A stretch of 64,000 nucleotides of DNA from an uncultured Phycisphaerales bacterium (lineage in GTDB: Bacteria > Planctomycetota > Phycisphaerae > Tepidisphaerales > Tepidisphaeraceae). Position 1 is the stretch's first letter; the number at the start of each line of letters is the position of its first letter. The stretch lies in NCBI GenBank assembly GCA_963755915.1, contig CAVWLP010000002.1, positions 1,056,001-1,120,000 on the forward strand. Reading direction: 5' to 3'. The position numbers and the translations under genes are program-made. Under the pieces are notes generated by a model that saw only the letters and a list, made by a program, of their open reading frames with translations, was not told where the DNA came from and ran no database searches. Of this stretch, positions 52,464 through 63,137 are shown one piece after another.

Positions 52464-54585
52464 GCCGCCGCTTTCTGCCGGACGCGTCCGGCCAAATCGT
52501 CGGCGATAAACTTCAGCAGTCTTTTGGTCGTTGCCAGATAGGTGAATCGTTCCAGAACGACTTCGCGCATGGATTCGGCGAGGCGCAGTGCAAAGCGCCG
52601 TCAGCCAAAAATCGCTGCAATTTCTGCGCAAATTCCCCCGCGCTCTCGAACGAAACCGCGTCGTAATCCCCTCCCCAAACCATCGCAGCCGAGCGGATGT
52701 AGCCGCACTGGGCGCTGGATTGCAGCGTCTCCAGCAGCGACGGCTTAAGCGTGAACGGATCGAGCCGAAGCGACTCTGCCGTGTGCGCCAGCTCGGCGGT
52801 TATTTCCGGATCCGTGCATTTCCTTAATTGCGAATCGGACGAGATATCGTTGGACACGCACCAGTTCCAGATCATTTCAAAGTGGCGTTCCAGCAGATCG
52901 CCCGGGCAACGCCGGATCATAAAGAACCCCCCGCAGGCCAGGCCTTCCATCAGGCGCTGATGCACGGCGCCGTGCGGGCTGGCGTGCAGGGAAACCAGAC
53001 TGGCGCGATAAATCGCCGAAAGCTGGCTGTTGTTGTCCGCCACGCCGCGGGCATAACGCGCCAGCGTGGGATGGTTCTCCCATCCGCGGCCATAAAGTCG
53101 CAAATCTGCCCCCGAATCCGCCACCCACTTGAGGGTTTGATGCCGAAAGAGCGCGTTGTTGATCCGCTGGCTGAAAATGTCCATCAGCTTGGGGATTTCG
53201 CTCCCGGGAACCGAGAGCTTCGTATCCACGAGAGCCTGGTCGATCATCTGCCGGATGTCCGTCGGCTCGGTGATGAATTTCCCCGCCTGGTAAACAGCGC
53301 GCAACTGCTCGAACACGCGGGAAAGCAGCGGGCCGGCCGCAGCGCAGCGCTCGATCTCGGCCTTGAGAAGCGTCTCCGCGGTCGCCGAGGCATGGCTCAC
53401 AAAAGAGACATCGCACTTATATTTCGCCAGGTCTTCCGACGAGAGCCGTTCGCGCACGAACCGCCGCTCGTCGCACCCCACGACGGCCGGCATATATCGA
53501 TCGGCCGGGTAGCCGTATTCATAGAGCATCTTCATCCGCGCGAACCCCAGAACATAATCCAGCGGCCCCTGCGCAGCCCCCGCCTCGGGCCGGAACATAT
53601 TCGGCAGCGCATCCTGCACCCACATCACGGTCGGCACCTGCGGCGGAATCCCTGACAGTTCCGACCGGTAATGATCGATGACGACAACCAAATCCGGCTG
53701 GAATTCCGCACACGCCGCCGCGATTCCAAGCCCATTGCAGATTTCGTGGTCATGGTCCTCGATGAATAGCCGCGTGCGATGCCCCAGCCGCGAAAAAGCG
53801 GCCAGCCAGTCGCGCATCGAATGCTGAAGGAAGGTCGTAAACCGCGAAGTCACGCCCAGCACTTTCAGCGGCAGACCGGATGAGAGCATCGCCGAAATCG
53901 ATTCGGCCGTTGTGCCGGAATAAGAGAGCCGGAATTGCTCCTGGTGCCCGCGGAAGATTTCGTTGGATTGAGCGCCGGCTTCGGTGAGAACCTGGTCGAG
54001 CGTTGGCTCGCCGCTCCAGAGCGTTGGATCGACCCGCACGGAGATCTTCGGCCAGGGCGTCCCAGTGTCGGTCACGAGGCTCTGACGGAAATGGTCGAAA
54101 GCATCAGGCCCAACGCTGAGCCGAACGCGTCCGTCAGCCAAAAGATCGCGCCAATCGTGAATGTGCAGCATGACCCAGAGCCGCTCGATGTCGCCAATCA
54201 GGAAAAACAGCGGGGGCCGATGCCCGGGCGCGGCAGGGGTCTGGCAGGGCAGCCGATAGATCCCGTTCCACAGCCACCCCATGTCCTCGCCGACGATCAG
54301 GACCGGCTGACTGCAGACCCCCGCCGGATAAAGTTTTCGGATCACATCCCGCGCGGCCGCCGGGGAAAGTGTGTGTGGCAGGGGGGTGGCGCCCAAACCG
54401 TTGCCTGTCCCCAGTTGAATCGATTCCCCGCTGGGCATGATCTGATACGGCTGCCGGGAGTCTAAATCGCTAAGTTGTTGTGCCAACTGTGGATATCGCG
54501 ATTCCATCGCGTCCAGGTTAGCCGTCAATCGAGATTTGAGGAGCTTGAGAGGGGTCCAGAGACTTGTGGGCGCAGAGCCATCCAT
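52460..54585 (-). CDS. Large glycosyltransferase (Maf-like N-terminus, CgeB/Glyco_trans_1_2-like C-terminus), frameshift near 52590
   Basis: NL.A...RYP.LA N-terminus; DVSFV, LYGRGW, IY....L, R..E..ACGGF. Confidence 0.65.
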
Positions 54586-54687
54586 GGCGATATGAAACCG
54601 TTCATCGGCGGTATCAGTCTCAAAACTTTAATAATTATCGGGCGTGCGAAAAATATTTTCACCCCCTCCCCGATCACCCCCACCCGA

Positions 54688-55620
54688 TCACCCCGGCACG
54701 AGCTGCATCTGATCGCGCATCTGGCGGAACTTGGCGAGCAGGCTGGTTCGCCTCGCGTCGAGATCGAGCAGCGCCTGGACGAATCGCCCGCCAGTTGTCC
54801 CGCAAAGGGCCGCCGATTGTTCCTCGGCATCGAATTGCCGCAGCGGCGCCGCGCTGGCGACCACCGACATGTCATAAAACGGGAACATCGCCGGGACGAA
54901 CTCGATATTCCCCACGCCGATATTGCGGAAAAGCGACCGCATCGACGATTTGCTGAACAGATGCAGATGCTCATTACGATCCAGCATCATGCTGAACTTA
55001 TGCCCCGTTTCGCTGATCTGCTGGAGGGTCATCCCTTCGGGATAAGCCGGGGTTTGAAGGAGCATGATGCCGTCGGATTTGAGTAATTCGAAACATTTTT
55101 CAAGGGTTTCTGTCGGGTTTGGCAGGTGCTCCAGGACGTCCATCATTACGATGGCGTCGAGAGATCTCGCCGGCAGGTTCTGGTCCTCCACCGGGCCGGT
55201 GAGCACATCGATTCCAAAGGTTTTCTTGGCAAATTTCACGATCGAAGGGCTCAATTCCAGCCCCGTCGCGTCAAAGCCCGCCTGTCGGAGCATCGCCACA
55301 AAGCCCCCGTGACCGCAGCCAATCTCCAGAACCTTCGCCGGCGGAAGCTTGAAGGGAAGGATCGAAGCCATCCAGTGGACGCACCGCTCTGAAAGGTCGC
55401 TCCGGGACCGCGAAACGATGTCCGGGCACCCCAGGTCGATTGTCTGGTGGCCGAACCAGTAATTTTTGCCGTAATAGTCTGCCGAATCGTCGGTTACGCG
55501 CGTGATCGGCTGGGCCGGATCGAACTGGGCGACCAGCGTCTGGCACTGATCGCAGCGCAGATACCCCTGCCCCCATTGCGAAAGGTCGCTATTGCCGCAC
55601 CAGCAATGCACCGCAGTCAT
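54688..55620 (-). CDS. Class I SAM-dependent methyltransferase with N-terminal Zn-finger
   Basis: CWCG..CDQC, VLEIGCGHG, DVLEHLPNP, EHLHLF. Confidence 0.9.
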   Translation of the reverse strand: MTAVHCWCGNSDLSQWGQGYLRCDQCQTLVAQFDPAQPITRVTDDSADYYGKNYWFGHQTIDLGCPDIVSRSRSDLSERCVHWMASILPFKLPPAKVLEIGCGHGGFVAMLRQAGFDATGLELSPSIVKFAKKTFGIDVLTGPVEDQNLPARSLDAIVMMDVLEHLPNPTETLEKCFELLKSDGIMLLQTPAYPEGMTLQQISETGHKFSMMLDRNEHLHLFSKSSMRSLFRNIGVGNIEFVPAMFPFYDMSVVASAAPLRQFDAEEQSAALCGTTGGRFVQALLDLDARRTSLLAKFRQMRDQMQLVPG

Positions 55621-55687
55621 ATCGACTCGCCGGCAGGTTCCAATAAACTTTTAACCAGTCCTGTTTTGACAAGCCGATGGGGATTCA

Positions 55688-56512
55688 GTGGCCAGCGACG
55701 TCTTGAGCACGATTTCCTCATCCCACGGATTGCGGCAATACGACCATTCCGCTTTCTATCCCACGGTTCGGGCCGGGGATGTATTTCTGTGCGCCTATCC
55801 CAAGTCCGGCACGACCTGGCTGGCGTTTCTGCTCGCGCACATTCTCCAGAAAGACCGCGGCCAAACGATCAATCTGAAATCGGTCGACGGCTACGTTCCG
55901 GACGTAAATCTCGCCTATACGAAGCGCGGTTCGCTGGCTCAGTACGACCGGCACGCAGACCCGCGTTTCTTCCGCTGCCATGCGACCTATGATCCGAACC
56001 TTCAGTGGGTGATTTACGTGCTGCGCGACCCGCGGGACGTGCTGCTGTCTTATTGGCACTACAAGAAATTCCTGAGCCGCGATTTTTCGCTTTCCCTGAC
56101 GGATTATTTGCAAAGCGACGATCACTGGCCCTGCCGGTGGGACGAGCATGTAGCGAGCTGGCTGTCTCCCCCGATGCAATCAAATCGCCATCCGAATCTT
56201 CTGGTCGTGAAATATGAGCAGTTGCACGCCCAGACCCGCGAAGTGCTGCGCGAAGTCCTCGAATTCGCCGGATCGAAATTCAGCGACGATCAGATCGACT
56301 ATGCCGTCGCGCAGTGCACCTTCGACCGCATGCAGGCGGCCGAGCGCCGCTTTGGCGTTCATGGCAAAAATGGCGATCAATCCGAATCGTTCGTCCGAAA
56401 AGGCAAAACCGGCTCCTGGCGGGAAGAAATGAGCGAGCTGGATGTGCAGATAATCACCGAAAAATATGGGGCGGTGATGGGGCAGGTTGGATATTCGCCG
56501 AGCGGCGAGTAA
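55688..56512 (+). CDS. PAPS-dependent sulfotransferase
   Basis: 5'-PSB YPKSGTTW, 3'-PB RDPRDVLLS, KYE, FVRKGKTGSW. Confidence 0.92.
   Translation: MASDVLSTISSSHGLRQYDHSAFYPTVRAGDVFLCAYPKSGTTWLAFLLAHILQKDRGQTINLKSVDGYVPDVNLAYTKRGSLAQYDRHADPRFFRCHATYDPNLQWVIYVLRDPRDVLLSYWHYKKFLSRDFSLSLTDYLQSDDHWPCRWDEHVASWLSPPMQSNRHPNLLVVKYEQLHAQTREVLREVLEFAGSKFSDDQIDYAVAQCTFDRMQAAERRFGVHGKNGDQSESFVRKGKTGSWREEMSELDVQIITEKYGAVMGQVGYSPSGE
56401..56509 (+). repeat. Direct repeat copy 1 (sulfotransferase 3' end)
   Basis: Aligns without gaps to 58300-58408, including the identical core TCCTGGCGGGAAGAAATGAGCGAGCTGGATGTGC. Confidence 0.9.
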
Positions 56513-56530
56513 AAAACGAGTCAGAATATA

Positions 56531-56582
56531 AAAAAAGGGGTCAGGTTCTGCTCGCTAATGAGCTGAACCTGACCCCTTTTTT
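56531..56582. terminator. Long inverted repeat (terminator or REP-like)
   Basis: Perfect 18-bp arms AAAAAAGGGGTCAGGTTC / GAACCTGACCCCTTTTTT. Confidence 0.75.
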
Positions 56583-56617
56583 GCCAGAATTACGCCATTC
56601 GGAGCCGCGCAGGGCTT

Positions 56618-58331
56618 ATGGGTATCGTCCAAATAGAAGCCATTGAAGCAAACGCCGGCGTCGGCGCCCAAAAACGCGGGCGCGAGCTTTCGATTTGCTC
56701 CTCGTGCTGGCCGTCGGGCTTTTTGTGAATTGCGTCTACCTGGGAAGCGGCCCGCTCGCGGGCACGGAGGCGCATTGCGCGCTTGTCGGACATCAGATGG
56801 CAATGGGGGGAAGTTGGCTTCTCCCGAAATTGTACGATCAGGTCTATCTCGCCAAGCCGCCCCTCGATTACTGGATCCTGGCCACGCTCGAAAAACTGAC
56901 CGGAATGGCCAACGAACGGATCTGGAGGCTGCCCTCGGCGATCGCCGGAAGCCTCATGGCGGTTTTCCTCTGCTGGATCGGCGGTCGTTGGTTCGGACGA
57001 TTGGGTGGACTCGCCGCCGGAATCAGTTGTTGCGGCCTGGTCACATTGTGGGGGCAAAATCACACCGCCGAAATTGATGCGCTCCATTGCCTCGCCTGCG
57101 TTGTCACCACCTGTCTGATCATTGATCTGGGATTCTTCGCCCAGCGCCGCCGCGCCCTCATCGCATTGGCTGCCGGATTGGCATTCGGAGCCGCCCTGCT
57201 GATCAAGGGGCCGGTCGGATTGACGGGGATCAGCGCCGCCCTCATCGGACCGGCGATTTTCAATCGCACCGGCAGGGCCCTCAAACAGCCCTGGCCGTGG
57301 ATTTCGTTTGCGATCGGAGGCGGCTTATTCGGTGTTTATGTCCTGGCCGCCCTGCGGGAGTTTCGTATCCTCGGATTGCCGCTGGAGACGTCGGGCGTGA
57401 ATGAAGTCATGGTCCACCTCTGGAATGAGCCGGACCGCATCACCTTTCTGATTCCCACGCTGCTTTTGCCGGTGGTCTTGTTCGTCTACGCGATGCCGGT
57501 TTCATTTTTCTTTCCCTTGGCATTCTATGGCCCGCTCTGGAATGCCCCCACAAATTCGCAGGACAAATTTTCCGACCGCCGCCGGCAACTGCTGGCGCCG
57601 TGGTGGGCACGATGGCGGTCGCCTGCGTGATCTCGATGCTTTGTGGATTCAGCTATCCGCGCTATAGCTTTACCTGGCTGCCGTTGATTTGCCTGGTGAC
57701 CGGCGCCGTGATTGAGGCTTGGGCGCTGGATATTTATCCCCGCAAAATCACCGATTGGCTCCACGTCATGCTGGTGGCCGCGGGCATTGGGTTCACCGGG
57801 ATCATGGTGGTGCTGACCGTCCTTTGCATCAAAGAACACGCGGGCGGCACGGCAGTATTGTTCAGTTCCGTCGCCCTGGGATTGATCTTAAATGTCCTGA
57901 TCATTCGATGGACGCTGCAAAGTCATCCCTCCTGGGTCGTGGGCGGACTGATCGCCCTGCTGCTGCTGACGGGTCCGCTTTTTGGCATAAGGGAAGCCGC
58001 CGACCGCTGGCGTCGATCGGCGGCGCAGTTCGCCGCTATCGTCCGCTCCCGCGTTCCCGCCGGCCAAACCGTGACCACCGGGCATCTGCTGCTCGATCAG
58101 CCGGAGATTTTTTATTATTCGCACGTCAATGTGGAATCGCACCCCTTGACGATGTGGATCCCGCGCGAATTTCCCACCAGCCGGTGGATGCTGCTGGAAA
58201 CATTGGAATATGACTACTGGCAAACGAAAATGCCGGGACGGCTGACCGATGTTCAACCCCTGCAGAACCGCGGGATTTCAGCGGTATTGGCGTGGTATGA
58301 GGCAAAACCCGATCCTGGCGGGAAGAAATGA
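56618..58331 (+). CDS. ArnT/GT39-like membrane glycosyltransferase (frameshifts near 56690 and 57595)
   Basis: TE......QM...G.WLLP, KPPL.YW, RLPSA, AE.D, L.KGPVG; many TM helices. Confidence 0.85.
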
Positions 58332-58408
58332 GCGAGCTGGATGTGCGGATCTTCACCGAAAAGTATGGGGCCGCGATGGGACGGGTCGGATATTTGCCTA
58401 GCGGGGGA
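58300..58408 (+). repeat. Direct repeat copy 2 (diverged sulfotransferase 3' fragment)
   Basis: Encodes SWREEMSELDVRIFTEKYGAAMGRVGYLPSG in a frame different from the ArnT-like gene. Confidence 0.9.
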
Positions 58409-58515
58409 CTTGAGTACAAAAGATGATACACCCCGGGGCATTACGCGAAAAACACTTTCTGGCCCAAAGGCCGAGATGGCAGCCTGAATCATTCGCCAAT
58501 AAATCGGCGAGCGTC

Positions 58516-58740
58516 CTAGTTCGGCGTTTCCCCTTTTTCCGAGTCGATGAGGTCAGACAACATCCTTTCCAGCTCGGCAGTTAGCCTTCCGAACCTTGAA
58601 GCGCCGACCGCGAAAGGGTAACGAGGGTCGCGGCAGGACATTGTGACGCCCACTTTCGCCCCTTTCTTGCCTCCCCGGAAAACATAAAACGGCACGAGTA
58701 ACGACGATTTTCCCACTACAGTGACCCGGTTCTTTGGCAA
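58516..58740 (-). CDS. Small hypothetical protein
   Basis: 74-aa ORF with AGGTGA RBS-like element, directly after 58750-59265. Confidence 0.45.
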   Translation of the reverse strand: MPKNRVTVVGKSSLLVPFYVFRGGKKGAKVGVTMSCRDPRYPFAVGASRFGRLTAELERMLSDLIDSEKGETPN

Positions 58741-58749
58741 ACGATCACC

Positions 58750-59265
58750 TTACCTTTTCGTAGAGATTTGCTGCTCCATTTTAACCATCCCGGCTCGGAA
58801 TGCGTCGGCGTTTGAAGTTCCTAGCAAATCGCTTAACAGACCCGTACTGGACAATCCACTATTCGATGTCGAAAGACATCCTGAGATGAGGCGCATAGTC
58901 GAACTATCCGGGAAGTCTAGCGGAATCTCTTGGGTGCGACCCGCATGGCTGGCGTGGTCAATCAGAAAAACGCAATTTATCCCTCCCGTTGAAGACGCGA
59001 CAAAGCAGAGCGGGTGCTGATCCATTTGATCATTGTCCTTGCGATACAGGTTCAGGAGTGCGTATGTCGTGTCGTTGTCACCAGTCGAGGTCATAAGCAA
59101 CCCAGCAACGCATTTCTCTCTTAGCCGTCCTGGAATGACTTCTGGCAAGTCACCTTGGCTCAGGAAAACGTAGCCGGGAGATTGCTGGACGCTATTAATC
59201 ATCCCCACAAGCTGCGCAGCTTGGGTTGACGTTGGCGTCAATGGGTTAATGGTAGGCATGGCCAC
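58750..59265 (-). CDS. Hypothetical protein
   Basis: 171-aa ORF in a lower-GC islet; no recognisable motif. Confidence 0.6.
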   Translation of the reverse strand: MAMPTINPLTPTSTQAAQLVGMINSVQQSPGYVFLSQGDLPEVIPGRLREKCVAGLLMTSTGDNDTTYALLNLYRKDNDQMDQHPLCFVASSTGGINCVFLIDHASHAGRTQEIPLDFPDSSTMRLISGCLSTSNSGLSSTGLLSDLLGTSNADAFRAGMVKMEQQISTKR

Positions 59266-59280
59266 TAATTAGGGAATAAG

Positions 59281-60315
59281 TTATATCCCCTTATCCGTTT
59301 TCCCTGTTATCCGTTTCGATGATGCATCAGGTTCCTCCCGCACCTCGTCCTTACCCTGCGCTTCCGCTTCGGCCACTTTTTTTATGAATCGTGCCACTCT
59401 CTCTGGTGATATCCATCCGCATCGCTCACAAAAAGCTACATAAGGCGGATCGATACCGAGATCGTCCCGATATTCCGTGGAAATGCGGTAAGAACTGCAC
59501 TTCGGGCATCGATCCGGCGCTCCCGACTCAAATCGTTCGATTGCGTGCCAATACGAGCTAAGCACGCTCTGGACGGCGTCGAGCGCTATTTGTCCATCCT
59601 GTCGAACGGCGCCCTTAGCATGAGTTAGCCAATTAACGAGTTGCCATGCCGACTTCGCCAGCATTTTTAGGTGTGCTCTCACCTCGGTAGAGCTTGGGCC
59701 TCGTGCAACGTGATTTGCGATGATCTCTGACCAATGAACGACGTCGGCTCTTTTCGGAGTTTCAGTCCCGGCGGGCACCATGTGGGCTGCACCTATTTCT
59801 GCGACGAATTCAACTAGGCATTCTCGAAGCCGCATTCCAACGGATTGAATTTCTTCCGCTTCGTCCGCAGCCTCGAGCGCATTGGCGGCGCCTTCCCAAC
59901 GCGTTAGTGCGGCGATCAATCGCCGCCTTTGGGAATCGTTTCTGGAGGTGGGATCTCGCGAAAGCATTCGCTCCATCAATCCGAGGTGGAAAGTCAACGT
60001 GTAATCGAGGCTGGGGAACAACTCTTGTGAATAGAGATTGGTGGGGTTCGTAATAACCCACCAGCGATGTTTATTCGTTCGCACGTCCCAAACGCCTACT
60101 TTGCGGCCCATCACGCTTTCTGATTTTATCTTCTCAAGGTGGACGATTTTTTCATCAGGAGCCTCACACTCAACGTACTGCCGCACCGAACGTCGCTCAT
60201 GCGGCGGCTGCCCGAATGTGAGTTGCGGTAGAAGTGTCTCAGCCACGGGCGGAGGAATGACGCATTCCTCACGATCGATGCCGAGCTTTTTTGGCCTTGG
60301 TCGTCGTGATGCCAC
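59281..60315 (-). CDS. Hypothetical protein with helical NWLTH domain and C-terminal Zn ribbon
   Basis: WDV.T...RWWVITNPTNLY; QSVGMRLRECL; AWQLVNWLTH; CPKC...CERC. Confidence 0.75.
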   Translation of the reverse strand: MASRRPRPKKLGIDREECVIPPPVAETLLPQLTFGQPPHERRSVRQYVECEAPDEKIVHLEKIKSESVMGRKVGVWDVRTNKHRWWVITNPTNLYSQELFPSLDYTLTFHLGLMERMLSRDPTSRNDSQRRRLIAALTRWEGAANALEAADEAEEIQSVGMRLRECLVEFVAEIGAAHMVPAGTETPKRADVVHWSEIIANHVARGPSSTEVRAHLKMLAKSAWQLVNWLTHAKGAVRQDGQIALDAVQSVLSSYWHAIERFESGAPDRCPKCSSYRISTEYRDDLGIDPPYVAFCERCGWISPERVARFIKKVAEAEAQGKDEVREEPDASSKRITGKTDKGI

Positions 60316-60562
60316 GATAGTCCTTTGCTTACACCGGTAGAGTGCTCATTGTGACCCATCCTATCCAAGACTGGGATTGGGGACATTCACGTATTTCCGG
60401 GAACTCACTAAACGGGATGAACCATCGATGTGCGACCCGAGCCATAACGCGGGTCTCCCCTCCCTCTCGCTCATTTCCCCCACCCCTCCGGCTCCCCGAG
60501 ATTCATGGCCGTTCGGACGGTGTTTTGCAGTTCCAAAACACATACACAACCGAAGTTCCGAG

Positions 60563-60598
60563 TGATATCAACGATACCAATGATATCATTGATATCAC
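60563..60598. repeat. Four tandem 9-bp repeats with GATATC core
   Basis: TGATATCAA CGATACCAA TGATATCAT TGATATCAC. Confidence 0.75.
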
Positions 60599-60685
60599 GA
60601 AAACTGGCTACCCATATTACCCAGCCCACCCAGTGCGTTGCGGACTGTAAAGTTTTGTACTCGATGGGCGTAAGGCAGAAAAATT

Positions 60686-62184
60686 TTAGGCGGGCTTATT
60701 CACCTGCTCCGCCAGCACCCACTTCATCACCTTCCCCGTCGGCGATCGCGGCAAATCCGGCGGGAAAATAAATTCCTTGGGAATCTTCCACTGCGCCAAC
60801 CCCCGATCCCGGCAGAAATCGCGAAGCGCCGCGGCAGAAGCCTCCTGCCCCGGCTTGACGATCACAAAAGCGACCACCATCTCCCCCCGCCCCTCGTCCT
60901 TCTTGCCCACCACCGCCGCCTCGGCCACCGAGGGATGCTGCACGAGGATCTCTTCCACCTCGCGGAGCGACCTTTTCCCCGGCGACGATGATCAGATCCT
61001 TTTTTCGCCCGGTGATGTAAAGGAATCCATCGGCGTCGACTTTCCCCAGGTCGCCGGTCTTGAAGAATTTGTCAGGCGTGAGCGCGGTCTCGGTCTCTTT
61101 GACCAGATTGTGATACCCCTTCATGATCATCGGTCCGCGCAGCCAGATTTCGCCGCTTTGATCGACGGAAAGCGCTTTGCCCTCTTCATCGGCGATTTTC
61201 ACTTCCACGCCGGGCAAGGGAATCCCCACGCTGCCCTCGCGATGTTTCTGCGGCGTGTTCAGGGAGACCACCGGACTGGTCTCGGTCAATCCGTACCCTT
61301 CGTAAAGGGTGACGTTGAACCGTTCCTGAAAGACCTGGCGAACCTGCGCCGGCAGCGGCTCGCCGCCGCTGATCATCGCGTAAATCGTCTTGAAGTCGTC
61401 GGCGACCGCGCTCTTCAGATGCGCGATTGCCGCCAGCATGCTCGGCACGCCGAACATGAGCGAGACGCCATGCTCGCGCACCGCATTGAGGGCAGCGACG
61501 GCGCTGAAGCGGGCCATGTAGATCACTTCCGCACCGAGCTGGATCGGCGCGAGCATCATCGCGGTCATTCCGAAGGAATGGAACAGCGGAATGACGCCGA
61601 GGAATTTGTGCTTCGTATTCCAGTTGCGCATGCTCGATGCAGGCGTCGACATCGCTCTGCAGGTTGCCGAAGGTGAGCATCACGCCCTTGGGCAGTCCGC
61701 TGGTGCCGCTGGTGTACATGAGGACGGCGATGTCGTCCGGCTTGGGATTCGGCAGGCGCGATTTGAGATCCGCCATCACTTTTTCCGGCGGCGGGCGCAG
61801 CGCGGCGGGGATTTTCGCCAGCTCGGCCAGATCGACGACCTTGATGGCGTCCGTCTTCACTTTTCGGCGCAATTGGGGGATGGTGACGACGGTATCGATC
61901 CCGCTGTCGGCGATCACATGGGCGATCTCATTGTCGCTGAGGAGAAAATTGATCGGGACCACGCACTTGCCAGCCAGCAGGGTTCCGTAGAAACTCGCGA
62001 CAAATCCCGCGCCCGCGGGGAGCATGAGTCCGACGTAGCCGCGCGTTGTGGTCCGGGCGAGATAGCCCGACAGTGCGCCGGCGGCGGCGGCCAGCTCGGA
62101 AAACGTGCGGGCGCCGCTTTCGTCACGCAGGGCAATCGTTTGGGGAGAACGGGCGGCGTGGTCCAGAAGCGGCTCGAATAGCAT
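60686..62184 (-). CDS. Long-chain acyl-CoA synthetase / AMP-binding enzyme (two frameshifts)
   Basis: YTSGTSGLPKGV, PLFHSFG, EGYGLTETSP, TGDLG, GRKKDLI, LPRSPTGKV. Confidence 0.92.
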
Positions 62185-62228
62185 AGAGCAGCTTAATATA
62201 TCTCGTGGAGGCAAGGATGCGAAACGGT

Positions 62229-62379
62229 AAACCAGAAACCCGAAACCAGAAATCCGTCTTCGACCCTGAGGCTCAGACCCGAAGGGAATCAATGACGAAT
62301 GAACAAACCAGAAATGATGCTCGATTCGTCATTCGGGTTTCGGATTTGATTCGGATTTCTGGTTTCGGATTTCTGATTT
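62229..62379. repeat. Inverted heptamer-repeat element with a nested 30-bp palindrome
   Basis: Left arm CCAGAAA/CCCGAAA units mirror right-arm TTTCGGA/TTTCTGG units; AATGACGAAT pairs with ATTCGTCATT. Confidence 0.7.
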
Positions 62380-63118
62380 GTCTCCTCGCCGCCTGCACCG
62401 GAAACGCCCAGTCGCGCCAATCGCTGGACGCGGCCAACCAATCGCTGAATGCGAGTCAGTACGACCAGGCGATTCGCGATACCGACTCGGTGCTGAGCAG
62501 TTCGGATTCCGCGGCTTATGCCGAGGCATGGTATATCCGCGGGTATGCGATCGAGAAGCGGCCGAAGCCGGACAATCCGGCGGCGCAGCGCGACCTGTCG
62601 CTGGCGGCGGATTCGTATAACCGCGGGCTGGCCAGCAACCCGCGCCCTCGCTTGCGGCCCGGCTGCATGCGCAGCTTGGGAACGTGGCGTATTACCAGCA
62701 GGATTACTCCACGGCCGTTCGCGAGATGACGGCGGCGTTTGACACGCTGGATAATTCTCAGCCGAAGGACCTGGTTCTCTATCGCATCGGCATCGGCCAG
62801 CAGCGGCTGGGACGATTTGAAGATGCCGATCGGACATTCACCCGGCTTCAGCAGATTTATCCCACGAGCCCCTACGCGGCCCGCGCCCGGGATCACCAGG
62901 GGGTTCGCGGGTTTTATGTGCAGCTTGGCGAATATTCGCAGCCCGCCGACATCAATCGAGCCGCGGGGGCGATTGGCGCCGCGGGGTCGGTGCCGCTGCA
63001 GACGAGCAGAGGCGGGCTGACCGTCATTCGAACTGCGGATGTGCCGTCGTTTGCACAGGCGGAGGAGCTGAGGTCGCGTTTGGCGGGGCAATATCCGGAT
63101 GCGCGGGTGATGCCGTGA
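62292..63118 (+). CDS. TPR plus SPOR-like domain lipoprotein (frameshift near 62650)
   Basis: Lipobox LLAAC; TPR helices (AEAWYIRG, LYRIG...QRLGRF..A...F..L...YP.S); FYVQLG SPOR-like tail. Confidence 0.75.
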
Positions 63119-63137
63119 AGCGAGAAGCTGTGATGAT

